Positions 11,283 through 24,600 are shown, numbered from the stretch's first letter. The stretch is 64,000 nt of DNA from Mobula hypostoma (GCF_963921235.1 NC_086097.1:222582001-222646000), one strand, 5' to 3'. Program-made: numbers and translations. The notes: generated by a model not told the origin, from the sequence alone.

Positions 11283-11318
11283 AGTCCTGATGAAGGGTCT
11301 CGGCCCAAAATGTCGACT
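11283..11318 (+). ncRNA. Minimal type-I hammerhead ribozyme motif (decayed: GAAA to AAAA)
   Basis: AGTC CTGATGA A GGGT-CTCG-GCCC AAAAT GTC GACT: stem I AGTC/GACT, CUGANGA box, stem II, GUC triplet. Confidence 0.7.
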
Positions 11319-12139
11319 GTGCTTCTTCCTATGGACGCTGCCTGGCCTGCTGTGTTCACCAGCATTTTTTATGTGTTTTGCTTGAAATTTCAGCATCTGC
11401 AGATTTCCTCGTGTTTGCACTGTCAAATTGTTCTTGGGCTGCAGGACTACTGCTCCAAGGATAAGTTAGAGGGTAGGCACTGTTGCCTTTGAAGAAGACA
11501 AGATTTCAGAATCAGAAACATAACAGAGTTTATTATCATTAACATAAGTGGTGAAATTTGTTGTTTTGTGGCAGCAGTACAGTGCAATGTATAAAACATA
11601 CTATAAGTTGCCATAATAAAAATACTAAAAAATAAGTACGTAGTGCAATAAGAGCACTACTGTCTTGACCTTTTTGGTATGGATATTAAAGGACTTGATA
11701 TGCGCATAAAATGATGCTAAGGGGAGCCTGGGGGAGGGGTGGTCTGCACAGACTGTCCTTTTGGTGGAGGACTTGAAGATAAGAAGAGATCACAAGTATA
11801 GAGGAAAGTCAGAAGTGACATAAGGATGAACTTTTATGTGCAGTATGCTAACGGAATCTGGAATGCACTGTCTCTCGCTGTAATGGGAATCGTTCCATAT
11901 AACGGAACATTAGTACAGGGCAGCACAGGCCCTTTCAGTTTGCAAACTTGTGCCAACCGTAAGGATCTTTACTCCAATATCAATCTGATGCTTCCATCCA
12001 GCATTGCTCTCCATTTCTCTTTCATTAAGACCTTCATGAAGAAATTAGTTAAGTACATGGTGGAGAAAAGTTTCCAAGGCTACAGAGAAAGGATCAGAGG
12101 CTGGAACTAGAGAATTGCTCCTTTAAGGAGACAGTGTGG

Positions 12140-12768
12140 CAGACATTCCACCTCTCCCAGAAGTTCCAGGAGTCTCCTGCATAATTGCTCCCTGATGCCC
12201 GCAAATTATATACAATATCACGGAAATCAATTTTTTTGAGAGCGAGCGAGAGAAAGCAAGAGAGAGCGCGATAGCAACCACGAGAGAGAGCACACGCGCG
12301 AGGGAGAGAGCAAGAGCAAGCAAGCGAGCGAGAGAGCGAGAGAGATTAAGCGAGAGAGAAAGCAAGCGAGAGCACTTGAGAGCGCGCGAGCGACCACGAG
12401 AGAGAGAGAGAGCACAAGTGAGAGCGCGCCATGGCAGACTGTTCCAAAAAAATATAAAACGTACATCACCCCAGACTACCCTAAAGTGTACCCCTGCCTA
12501 ATAGGGATCAAAATAATGACAGTGTTGCTCACTGCACTGTTTGCAACAGTGACTCTTCTATTGCCCATGGTGGGTTAAGACTGTAAAAGACGTGTTGAGG
12601 TGAGTTTAACAAGTGTCATTTGTTCATTAGCATAGCTAACATTATTTAAACTAGCTGGCCAGCTGCTGAGGAGCTACTCTATTGCAGACATCCCACCTCT
12701 CCCGGGAGTCTCCCACAAATTGATGATGCTACCTCCCTGAAATGAGTTTTTGCAGGGTGGGATGTCTG
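12140..12768 (+). mobile_element. Non-autonomous DNA transposon (MITE), 13-bp TIR, 6-bp TSD
   Basis: CAGACATTCCACC...GGTGGGATGTCTG; TSD GTGTGG at 12134-12139 and 12769-12774; internal (GA/GC) microsatellite-like tract; homologous to 14213-14812 and 42106-42518. Confidence 0.92.
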
Positions 12769-14212
12769 GTGTGGGTATGATTCTAGCTAAAAAAGGAGAA
12801 CCATGATCGCACATTTTAATCTCTAGTGTCAACTCTATAACAATATAAGCATCGAAAACTGTGAAGTAAAACCCACACTGATATCTGTGGAGCAATATGA
12901 ACGGTATATTTCCTCTTACTGTCTTTATACGATTCTTCTTTCTCCTTTTACATTTTTGCCATTATTTAATGTCTATGATTATTGGATTTACAATTATTTT
13001 ACAATTATTTGATTAGAAATTCCACTCCCTTTGCAATGAAAGAAAGAGGACGGCTCTTATGAAAGTAGGTGTAGGCTGTCAGCCCAAGTGACAGACTGTA
13101 ATGTTGATGGCTGATCTGGGTGGCTGAGAGTTTCCCTTAAAATATTTAATTCAGGGATCACAAATTGCATGCAGACCACCATAAATTATTCATTCATCTT
13201 TACTTAAGTAACATGCATTTCAACAGCTGCAGCACTCTATTGATAAATGAGCAGACCTATGCCTGGAAGTGGATTGTATATCACTGCATTTTAGTGAAAT
13301 ATGTGATTCAGTTTGAATGAAAAATCACTTTGAAAGGGAGAGTCATAGACTTACTGCAAGTTTCATAAAGTCTGTGATATTCCTTCCCAGCTCTTCATGC
13401 AGTTGATGTGCTGATGCATAATGGAAGCAAGAGTACCAAAGGCAGCATCCATTGTTACTTAAAGGACAAGGCAGAAATTGTGATTGAAAATGCAGGTAAA
13501 CAGCAGATGGCAAAGCAAGGGGCTCTGATCTGACCTATAATTTATGCTGGATAAAAAATTATGCTTAAAACACTGGTCATAGATAGTTTCCATTTATTCA
13601 ATAAAGGTTAATCTTTTGGGAAAGATCAAATGACATGTATTTTTCTGCCTTATTTTAGGTTAACCTTAGACAGCCATCTAAGTTTGCTCACTGCACTTTC
13701 TCTGTAGCTGATACACTTTATTGTGCATTGTTATTGTTTTACCTTGCTCTACCTCAGTGCAGAGTGTAATGATTTGATCTGTAAGAACAGTATGCAAGAC
13801 AAACTTTCTACTCTCTCTCGGTACAAGTGACAATCCGATACCACTAGCAATACCCTGGATTCCTTCCAATAGATGTTTTGATGTGGCTGATGTGCCACTT
13901 GGCTATTTCTGAAATTGCAGACAGAATATATGCTTGAAATAAATGTGAATATGTACTGTTATAAAAATGACAAGAGCAAAGGAGAAGATTTTAGTAAGCA
14001 TTTTGGCATGAAAATAATACAATAAATCAACAATAATCCAGCATACTCAGAATCTTGGAGGTGCCAGACTAGATCGTTTTCCAGAAAGTTTATATTATTT
14101 ATAACTTTTTTCTTTTCTCTTGGGTGGCATTGGACATAACTATAGCACTCCACAATAAAATAATCCGGAAAATATAGTAAATGGAGCAGTGTTTTGGATG
14201 TTGTTTCTATTT

Positions 14213-14812
14213 CAGACATCCCACCTCTCCTGGAACTTCTGGGAGTCTCCCACATATTAATAGTGGCTCCCTGATGCCCACAAATTATATACAATATCAC
14301 GGAAATCAATTTTTTTGAGAGCGAGCGAGAGAAAAGCAAGAGAGAGCGGGAGAGCGACCACAAGAGAGAGCGCATGCACGCGAGAGAGAGCGAGAGAGAA
14401 AGCAAGCGAGAGCGCTTGAGAGCGCGCGAGCGACAGAGAGAGAGGGAGGGAGAGAGAGAGAGAGAGAGCACGCGTGCCATGGCAGTGTTCCAAAAAAATA
14501 ATACGTACGTCACCCCAGACTACACTAAAGTGTACCCCTGCCTAATAGGGGTCAAAATAATGACAGTGTTGCTCGCTGCACTGTTTGCAACAGTGACTTT
14601 TCTATTGCCCATGGTGGGTTAAGACTGTAAAAGACATGTTGAGGTGAGTTTAACAGGTGTCATTCGTTCATTACCATAGCTAACGTTATTTAAACTAGCT
14701 GACCAGCTGCTAAGGAGCTACTCTATTGCAGACATCCCACCTCTCCCGGAAGTCTCCCGCAAATTGATGGTGCTACCTCCCTGAAATAAGTTTTTGCAGG
14801 GTGGGATATCTG
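14213..14812 (+). mobile_element. Second copy of the 6-bp-TSD MITE
   Basis: CAGACATCCCACC...GGTGGGATATCTG; TSD CTATTT at 14207-14212 and 14813-14818. Confidence 0.92.
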
Positions 14813-15994
14813 CTATTTAAACCATAACACACTTTTAATGCACTTGTTTTAGATATTACAAAACATTATATTCACCTTACAGGTAAGTTTAAAGGCAGGA
14901 GCTGGGACCTTAATGAATAGAAGAAAGGTGAAGGAATGCAAGTCCAGTGAATGAAAGCTGAGCACAAGAATTGGGGCTCCAGGGGTGTGTGAGAAAATGC
15001 AAACATTGGGACCTCCTATGAGCAAAGAAGAGGAATGGCAAACGTTACCTGAGGAGCCAAATGCCAAACCAGACAGATTTCTGAACAGATGGATATAGGG
15101 TTATCAGAGATTCATTTCAATACATCATTGTGATATTTGTCATTAACAATATCACCCCAAAGATGACAATTTGATCCACATTTATATTATCAACACATCA
15201 AGAATTGAACATACTACTACCTAACTAATTTTATTTGCTATGCAAATCTGAATGCAATAGGACTTTGCACTACATTGAATTCTGTGATTGATGTGATACC
15301 AATGAATGTGCAGATGTAAATCTCTATGCAGTGCATGTTTGACATTTCTGCCACAGCATTCAAGTCTGCAAAAACACTTCATAAACCAAGAAAAGAGCGA
15401 AAAGCCTTGTTCAAAAATGAAGTGGTCATGCTCTCCACAGCGGAAAAATAAATAGACCATATTTCTCCACTGTGGAAGAACTGACCTCTTCAATATCCCG
15501 AACATGCATCAAAAATGAGTGGCAACTGCTTCTGTCTCAGATAAAGTTAACCCATATCCACCACAATACATGGCGATAGTTGCCTTTCACCACCATTGAT
15601 ATATGTCTGTCATATTCTGAGTTTGCATGTTTTGCACTGCTTTGAAAATAATTTACAGCAAATGTACAAACTGCAATGAAAGGTTGGGATTCACTTTTCT
15701 TGCTACCATGGTTCCTTGCACATCATGTCAATAGGAAAATCAGTCCTCTATAGCTGCAGAAGAGACTTAGTTCTTATCATTATGTAATAACAATTTAGAG
15801 TTCTCAAAACAAGAACACTACAGATAAAATGAAAGGACTTGGAATAAGATCATTTTTCCATTGACGTGTAAATTACAACTTTTTTTAATAATCACATAAA
15901 AAATCTAACTAAAGTCCCTTTTCCTTCTATGAACTTGGAACATAAAACAATGAGCATAAGCAGCAAGTTTATGTTTAATATGTTTAACTCTTGA

Positions 15995-16685
15995 TGTGTT
16001 AACTTGCAGGTTGAGTTGGTGGTGAGGAAGGCAAATGCAATGTTAGCATTCACTTCAACAGGTCTAGAATGCAAGAGCAGGGATGTGATGGTGAGACTTT
16101 ATGAGGCACTGGAGAGGCCTCACTTTGAGTATTGTGAACAGTTTTGGTCTCCTCATCTAAGAGAAGATGTGCTGGCATTGGAGAGGGTCCAAAGGAGGTT
16201 CACAAGGATGATTCCAGGAATGAAAGGGTTATCAGACGAGGAACTGGGTCTGTACTCGTTGAAATTTAGAAGAATGAGGGAAGATCTCCTTGAAACCTTT
16301 CAAATGGTGAAAGGCCTAGACAGAGTAGATGTGGAAAGGATGTGGGTGGGGGTGGGGCTGGGGAGGTGGGATTCTAGGACATGAGGGCACAGCCTCAGGA
16401 TAGAGGGACATTCATTTAAAACAGAGATGCAGAGAAATTTCTTCAGCTAGAGGGTGGTGAATTTGTGGAATTTGTTACCACAGGTAGCATGGAGGCCAGG
16501 TCGTTGGGTGTATTTAAGGCAGAGATTGATAGGTTCTTGATTGGACACGGCATCAAAGGTTATGGGGAGAAGGCCGTGGAGCGGGGCTGAGGAGGGAAAA
16601 AAGAATCAGCCATGACTGAATGGCAGAGCAGACTCAATGTACCAAATGGCCTAATTCTGCTCCTATGTCTTATGGTCTTATGTTT
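15995..16685 (+). mobile_element. 5'-truncated CR1 LINE
   Basis: ORF 16004-16384 KANAMLAF...RPHFEYCEQFWSP...VQRRFTRMIPG; 3' tail ctcctatgtcttatggtcttatg. Confidence 0.9.
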
Positions 16686-16869
16686 TAACAAAACAAGTCA
16701 CTTCAGTAAATGTTCAGCATTTAATTTATTACAGTATTGCTTGCAAAGATGTAATCCTTAGCTTTTTGAGTTGATGTACTATACCTGAGATGCTTCGACC
16801 TTCACTCTTATAGTTCAACTTTTAAACTTTTTGTTTTGTTGCTGAATTTCTTCTTTGACCAGCAACATT

Positions 16870-17470
16870 CAGGTTCAAATTCAGTTTACTGTCATTCAAC
16901 TACACACATGTATACCACCAAACAAAACAAATGTTCTTGGGGCCAGGGTGCACAACATAGCACACACATAACACATAAAGTAATATTACCACAAATAAGT
17001 CAACAAATAATAAGATGTGAATATGGTATAAGTTGCCAGCCGGTGATGTAGAGGCATCCACACCGCAATTCGAGGCGAGTGGTCCCAAATTCTAATCCTA
17101 CTGGCTCATTGCACGCTTTCCATCCGTGCTGGGTTGAGCATTGGGCAAGTGACTCTGCCGCCAACAAAAAAAGACAAATGCTAAAGGAGCGGCAAGGTTG
17201 CCACCTGATGTGCCACAAGGCACAGAGAGGAACAACAACAATTATATACATTAAAAAGTAAACAGTATAATGCTACTGGCATTTCATATGTGGTAAGACC
17301 TGGGTGGTGGCAGGAAGTTCAGTAGTCTTATGCTCTGGAAGAAGAAGCTATTTCCCTTCCTAGCAGTTCTTGCCATAATGCTATGGTACCTCCTGCCTGA
17401 GGTTAGGGGGTCAAAGAGGTTGTTGGACCGATGGGAGGGATCATTGACAATGCTAAGGACTCTACATAAA
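16870..17470 (-). mobile_element. Rex1/Babar-type 3' fragment, interrupted by a SINE
   Basis: tttactgtcattcaactacacacatgtatac and agtcttatgctctggaagaagaagctattt (antisense of the NSFFP..IRLLN terminus). Confidence 0.6.
17031..17241 (+). mobile_element. tRNA-derived SINE with (CAA)n tail
   Basis: A-box-like tgatgtagagg and degenerate B-box aattctaatcc at tRNA-like spacing; tail aacaacaacaa. Confidence 0.6.
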
Positions 17471-17899
17471 CAGCACTCTCAATCTATACTTTTCTGGGCA
17501 AGCCAAAATGAACATTCACTTGCTACCATCCGAGATTATTCCACTAAATAAGGAAGTTTTCATTAGTACTTTCGGCAACAACGAAAACATATTGCCAAAT
17601 GAACTCTTCAAAAGTAAGATGAGCGAGTCAGCTTGGCATAATGCCATTTGAAGCTGTTTAATACTGCACGTACTTTCCCAGCCATTAAAGATGATATGGC
17701 CTTCAGCTGCACAGTGCTTTTGTGAAATTCGTCATGAGTTATAAATGAAGTGCACACAGCTAAAGACCTGACACCAGGCAACAGCATGGTGCTGTCTATT
17801 GCAAATAGATTTTTTCAACTGAAGCCAAGTGTTGCACTTCTGCTGAAATGCAGCTTCCAGTATTTACTGTTTCTGTAGCTGAACTCAAAAGGCAAAGAA

Positions 17900-18006
17900 A
17901 TGCAGATGCTAGAAATCTGAAATAAAAACAGAAACTGCTGGAGATATTCAACAAGTCAGATACTGGGTGACCTGCAGAATATTTCCAGCATGTTCTGATT
18001 TTATTT
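17900..18006. repeat. Old Penelope terminal-repeat fold-back
   Basis: aaataaaaacagaaactgctggagatattcaacaagtca pairs imperfectly with tgacctgcagaatatttccagcatgttctgattttattt. Confidence 0.65.
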
Positions 18007-18461
18007 TTAACTTTACTGTTCAGTACTAGACAGTAACCTTGTATTAGTAATTTGAAATTGGAACTGGCATTTCATGTTATACAGTAATGTTCTTTATGAT
18101 GAAAATATAGAACAAGTTTTCTGTGCAAGTAGTGTTTTATTTATTTATTTCATTTGTTTAGCATTACAGCCTGGAGCAGGCTCTTCCGACCCAACAAGCC
18201 ATACTGCCCTGCAACCCACCTATTAACCGAGCCTAATCACAGGACAGTTTACAATGACCAATTAACCTACCAACCAATATGTCTCTGGACTGTGGGAGGA
18301 AACCCACGTGCTCATGGTGTTTTACAATGCAGGTTTCAGAGAGGGGTGGGAGAGTCAGCCAATCATTTGTATCAACGTAAATTTGCAGGAAGAATAACTA
18401 TGACCATCCTGGCCATAAGCAGGGAAGTAAAAGCACGTCTCTCGTGGAAACATCACTTCTA

Positions 18462-19104
18462 GGGCGGGAGGAGAAGATGGCGATGCGACGCAGAGCACGC
18501 AGCCTCTCCAGTGAAATGATATCGTATTTGTTAAATAGGGTACCATGCACAATTCTGATTTGATGGCGACAGCCGTGAGAAGCATGCAGGAACGTCTGGA
18601 GAAACTTCTGAAATGCCCGGTTCGCTGCCACTGTTACTGTGCGATCGAGAATCTCTGGAGGGAAGGCCCTAAATCCTCAGCTTTGCCTGCTGTTGGCGGC
18701 CGGGGCTGAGGTTGAAGCGCTCGGCAGAGATGGTGCTCGGTGGTCGGAGGCTCGAAGTTTTCGGACGACTCAGAGTCAGACTGTGGTCGGGCATGGCAGG
18801 GAGAGTTTTCTTCCTTCTCCCGTCTGTGTGAGATGTGGGACTTTCGAGAGACTTTGAACTTTTTTTACCTTGCCCATGGCCTGTTCTTCATCAAGTTACA
18901 GTATTGCTTGCACTGTTGTAGCTATATGTTATAATTATGTGGTTTTTGTCAGTTTTTCAGTCTTGGCCTGTCCTGTGTTTCTGTGATATCACACTGGAGG
19001 AATATTGTAACATTTCTTAATGCATGCATTACTAAATGACAGTAAAAGAGGACTACGTGTCCTCATAATCTAATCTAACCTAATAATCTAATCTAATCTA
19101 ATCT
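18462..19104 (+). mobile_element. Non-coding non-autonomous retroelement (AAGATGGCG 5' end, 3' hairpin, (TAATC)n tail)
   Basis: Homologous end to end with 57799-58487; no coding homology seen. Confidence 0.8.
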
Positions 19105-19759
19105 ACCCTACTTCAATCCATTATGATTCCCAAGGCTTAGGAATCCCACAATCCATGTGTTAAAAATAAAAAGGTTATCATTCTAAAATGATAGAGACAG
19201 TTACTAAAATATTTTCATGAAGTTATACCAATGAACTGATACAACCTCACAAAAATATTTGAGTAACTGACTCCACACCTGAGAGCAAGTTCCTTTCCCA
19301 TCACTCTGAATCACTTCTGTTATAAGTGGTTTGTTAGGAAAAGATTCAGAATTTAAACTGCTCACCTCACACCCTCCCCAACCAACCTAGTCTTTGGAAA
19401 AACTCCCCTTTGGTGTTAGTCCTTGGCAGTTGTACTTGGTTTCATTTTGTGACATTCAAGCCAGAAGCAATAAGCTCATCGAGAATCTATTCATTATGGT
19501 TCACTTTTCACTGTCATAGTGAAGGCTCAGATGTTCTAAGAACCTTTCACTGGTCTGCAATTTACCCATAAATAGCGCACCAATTGATTTCTAGGTTATA
19601 ATACCATATGTGCTATTTTTCTCCTCTGGTTATCACATTAAATAATTTACATGATTATTACGTGTATTAAATGGCTGAATCTACCAGAGTGTTATGAACT
19701 ATTATGAAAATTTCAGTTACATGGTTCAATATAATTTTAAAAAACATGAGACCTGCATT

Positions 19760-20965
19760 AGAACATAGAACATGTAAATACAGGAGCAGGCCCTGTGTCC
19801 CACAATGTTGTGCCAAACCAAATAAATTCATAATCAAATGGCCAACTAAACTAATCCCTTATGCCTACAAAATCCCCATATCCCTCCATTTTCCTCACAT
19901 TCATGTGCCTATCTAAACATTTTTTAGAAGTTACCACCCCAGGCAGTACATTCCAAGCACCCATCGTTCTTTTTTTTAAAAATTGACAAATCACATTCCC
20001 TTTAAAATTACCCCCTATCATCTTACATACATGCCCGCTGATATTAGACATTTCAACCCTGGGAAAATGATACTGTTTGTCTTGCCCTTAATAGTGTACT
20101 GTCTCTTTACATTTAACCCACCAAGGTGCAACACTTCACACTCCATCTGCCAGTATTCTGTAACTGATCTATGTCCTGCTGTATCGTTTGCCTGCCATCT
20201 ACACTATCAACCACACTACCAATCTTCATGTCCTCTGAAAACTTACTAAACCCACCTATCTACGTACATTTGCAAGCAGCGGAAGTCCGAGCACAGACCC
20301 CTGCAGAACGCCACTAATTACAGACCTCCAGCCAGGATAAGTCCCTTTGTCCACCACCTTCTGTCTTCCATGAGCAAACCAGTTCTGAATCCAAATGGTC
20401 AGTTCACCATGGATCCCATGCATCTTAATCTTCTGGATGAACCTCCCATGACAGAACTTGTGAGATGTCTTATAAAAATTCATGTAGACAACACTCACAG
20501 CTGTATCTTCACAACTCACCCTTGTCACCCTATCAAAAAGCTCACTCAAATTAGTAAGACACAACTCACCCCACACAAAGCCTTTTTTAGACCATGGTTT
20601 TCCAAATGTTTATAAATCGTATCACAAATAATTCTCTCCAATAACTTCCCTACCACTGATGTGAGACTCGGCAATCTATAGATTCCAGGATTATCCCTGT
20701 TTCCCTGCTTGAAAAATGGAACAACATTAACTACTCGCCAGTCCTCTGGGACCTCAGCTGTGGCTAGGAAGGATACAAAGATATTGGTCAAGGCTCCAGC
20801 AGTTTCTTCATTCACTTCCCTCAGTAACCTGGGGTATATTCCTTCAGGCCCTGCGGACATATCCATCTTAATGCTCTTTTAAGAAACCCAGTAGTACCTC
20901 CTCCTTTACTTCAAAATGCTCTAGCATATTAGCACTCTCGACACTGATCTCCGTATCCTCCACCA
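19760..20965 (-). mobile_element. Degraded CR1 LINE
   Basis: ORFs 20546-20866 (GPEGIYPRLLRE..PEDWRVVNVVP..YRLPSLTS) and 20256-20576 (SGVLQGSVLG); tagaacatagaac tail at ~19760. Confidence 0.9.
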
Positions 20966-21699
20966 ATGGAAAGTGACGTTTTGCAAACAGCTCACAAAAC
21001 TAATAGATATTCAAGTAAATACATTTTTTCTTCCAAACTGCGATCGCTATAGTCTGCACTCTGTAATTTTGCTTTGAAGGAGGTACTTTTGAACCAACTA
21101 AGTGATCTGACACTCTTGCAATCTCTTGAGGGATTCAGCCAAACTAGACACTCAGACATGCAGGTACGACCACGGCGACTATCACTATCAGGGTGGATGC
21201 TGTGTCAAGGCCTGATAGCAAAAGATGAACATATGATCAGCTCCATTACTCTGTGCCGACGAAAGCGTTGAGCAAGATTAAAATCATCGAGGACAAGAGG
21301 GAACAACAAACAGGTATTCGGTGACGTCTACCTGCATTTGACTGGTCTTGCTCTCTTCTCACTACTCCCATTGGGTGAGAAATGCTGGAGTCTTGAGTTC
21401 CACTCTGCCAGAATTGCTTCCTTGCAGCCATTGGGCTCCTGGTCAGGCTTCATTCACCTCAGCACTGAATGGGCTCCGCATCTGTGGACTCACTATCAGA
21501 GACTCCGCAGTTCATCTTCCATGTATTTTTTTTACTTTTTTTAAAACTATTTGCACAATTTGTCCTCTTTTGCAAATTGGATGTGATGCGATCTTGTTGA
21601 GTGCGCCTTTTGTTTTGCGAATGCCTGCAAGAAGATGAATCTCAAGGTTGTATGTGATATACAGACTTTGATAATAAGTTTGAACTTTGGACTTTGAAC

Positions 21700-24600
21700 G
21701 TCCTTCTCCTCGGGAAATACTGATGTAAAGTACTCATTAAGGACCTCACCCACATCCTTTACATCCAAGGAAATGTTCCCCCCTTTATCCTTGGGTGGTC
21801 CCAATCTCTCCCTAGTTATCCTCTTGCTCCTGATGTATGTATAGAACGCCTTGGGATTCTCTTTAATCCTTCTTGCCAAGGGCATTTCATGGCCCCTCCT
21901 GGCTTTCCTAATTACCTTCTGAGTTCTTTTCTGGCTTCTTTATAATTCTCAAGGGATTGTTTGATTCAAGCTTCCTAAGCTTTACATATTTTTTCTTCTT
22001 CTTCTTGACTAAATTCATCACCTCTGTCAACATTCAAGTTTCTCTTACCTTGCCATCCTTGTCTTTCCTTCTGAATGGAACATACCTATCCTACACTCTG
22101 TGCAGTTGGTCTTTAAACAACCTGCACTTGTCAGATGTGGACTTGCCCAAAAACTGCTTTTCCCTAGTTCCTGCCTAATGCTCTCGTAATTTCCCTGCTC
22201 CAGTTAAATACTCCCCTGCAAGGTCCATACTTATCCTTATCCATAGCAATCTTAAAACTTAAGGAATTATGGTCACTGTTCCCTAACTGTTCACCCACTG
22301 AGCAATCGGTCACCTGGCCAGGCTCATTACCCTACACCAGGTCCAGTACAGCCCCTCCTCTTGCTGAACTATCTACACATTAATTTAAGAAGCCCCCCGG
22401 ATGCACCTATCAAATTCTGTCCCATCTTAACCTCTTACACTGTTTATCTTAGGGAAGTTTAAGTCCCCCATGGCAACAACCCTATTATTTTTACATCTTT
22501 CCTTAATCTGCCTGCATATCTGTTCCTTAATGTCCCGGAGGCTGTAATCCCATCAAAGTTATTGCACCCTTCCTGATTCTGGGTTCTAGCTATGCAGACT
22601 CAGTGGCAAGTCCTCCATTAGGTCCTGTGGCCGTGATATTGCTTCGGATTAGTAGTACAACTCCCCTCTCTTTTACCTCCACCTCAATCTTTTCTAAAAC
22701 ATCAAAATCCTGGGACATTAGGACATTGACATAGAATATAGAACAGTAAAGTGCAGGAACAGACTTTCGGCCCACAGTGTTGTGCTGAACCAATTCGTAA
22801 TCAAATGGCAAACTAAAGTAATCACTTCTGTGTATGCAATATCCATATCTTTCCATATTCCTCACATCCATGTGTCTGTCTAAACATCCCTAATGTTTCT
22901 GCCACTTTCACCACATTAGGCAGCACATTTCAGGCATCCACCACTCTCTGTGTAAAAAAACTTGCCTCCTTTGAAATTACCCCCTCTTACCTTAAATGCA
23001 TGCCCATTGCTTTTAGATATTTCAACCCTTGGAAAAAGATATTCTCTGTCTATTCCATCCATAGCTCTCATAATCTTATAAACCTCAATCAGATCTCCCC
23101 ACAACTTCCACCGCTCCAGAGAAAACAACCATGTTTGTCCAAATTTTTGTTATAGCACGTGCCCTCTAATCCAGCCAACATCCTGGTAAACCTGTTCTGC
23201 ACCCTCCCCAAAGCCTCGACATCCTCCCTATAATGGGGTAACCAGGAAGCCTCGACAACCTTCCTATAATGGGGTAACCAGCATAGAAAGATATGCAACG
23301 CTCCAGGTGTGACCTAACTAGAGTTTTATAAGACTACAGCATAACTTCCTAGCTTTTGAAGTCGATGCCTCGGCTATAAAAGGCAAGCATGCAGTCTGCC
23401 TTCTTAACCACCATATCAACCTGTGTGGCCTGTGAGGCCAACCATTGAACTTAGAGCCCAAGATGCCTCTGCTCATCGACACTGTTAGGGTCTTGCCCTT
23501 AACAGAGTACTGTCTCTTTGCACTTGACATACCAAGGTATAACATGTTCTCATGTGGCCTGATTTCTCCATCTCCTATTTCTCCCTCTTATCCGTGACTG
23601 ATCTATATCCCACTGTATTCTTTGCCTGTCATCCACGCTAACAACATCACCAATCTTTGTATCATCTGCAAACTTACTAACCCACCCACCTATATTTTGA
23701 ACCAGGTCATTTATTTAAGGAGTTCCCAGTACAGATCCCTGTGGAACACCACTAATGACAGACTTCCAGCTAGAATAACTCCCTGCAACTACTACCCTCT
23801 GTCTTCTCTAGACAAGCCAGTTCTGAATCCAAATGGCCAATTCACTATGGATCTCATGCACCTTAGTCTTCTGGATGAGGGATGTTGTGAAACATCTTGC
23901 TAAAACCAATGTAGAAAACATCCACAGCTCTACCTTTATCAATCACCCTTGTCACCTCATCAAAAAAAAACTCACTGTCATGGCCACGACATCACAGTTC
24001 CATGCACTGATCCATGCTCTAAGTTTATCACCTTTACCTATCCATCATGCTCCTAGCATTAAAAAACACACACTTCAAACTCTATTCATCCCGTTGTATC
24101 TATTACATTGTTCCTGCCTATTTTTACTGGCTCTGACATCTGCCTTCACTTTTGTCCCTCCACTTTCTCATGTGGAGCTCCGGTTTCCATCCCCCGCCAA
24201 ACTAGTTTAAACCCTCCTGGTAGCACTAGTGAACCTCCCGGCCAGGACATTGGTCACCGTCCAGTTTAGGTGTAATCCATCGCCCATAAGGAGTTCCAGT
24301 GATCCAAGAACCTGAAACCCTGCCTCCCGCACCAGTTCCTCAGCCACTCATTCATCTGTACTATCGTCCTATTCCTGTCCTTACTTATACATGGCACCGG
24401 GAGTAATCCAGAGATTACTATCTTGGAGGTCCTGGTCTTCAACCTCTTCCGTAACTGCCTATATTCACTACATAGGACCCCTCCCCCCCACACATGCTTC
24501 TGCCTATATCATTGGTGCCAATGTGCACCACAACTTCTGGCTGCTCTCCCTCCCTCTTGAGAACTTTCTGCATCTGCTCCTAGACATCCTGGACCCTAGC

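Larger units (their letters stand above)
10046..11418 (+). mobile_element. Penelope-like element (Neptune-like), 5'-truncated: RT thumb, Cys linker, GIY-YIG endonuclease, 3' repeat
   Basis: DSHSYLDYSSSHP...IPFSQFLRLYRICS at 10048-10145; TYPCKQNKCYTCPY at ~10513; GIY-YIG ORF; hammerhead-like motif at 11283; inserted in an old CR1 (LEKVQK before, GLQDY after). Confidence 0.92.

Noticed and set aside
11283..11318. An active ribozyme at this locus
   Set aside because: The conserved G of GAAA is mutated to A; only the family consensus is predicted to be competent.
12123..14622. Leu/Ser- or Arg/Glu-rich ORFs (12123-12365, 13959-14513, 14374-14622)
   Set aside because: Translations of the GA/GC tract inside the MITE.
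17031..17110. tRNA gene
   Set aside because: Degenerate boxes, no convincing cloverleaf, followed by a body and a (CAA)n tail, so it is a SINE head.
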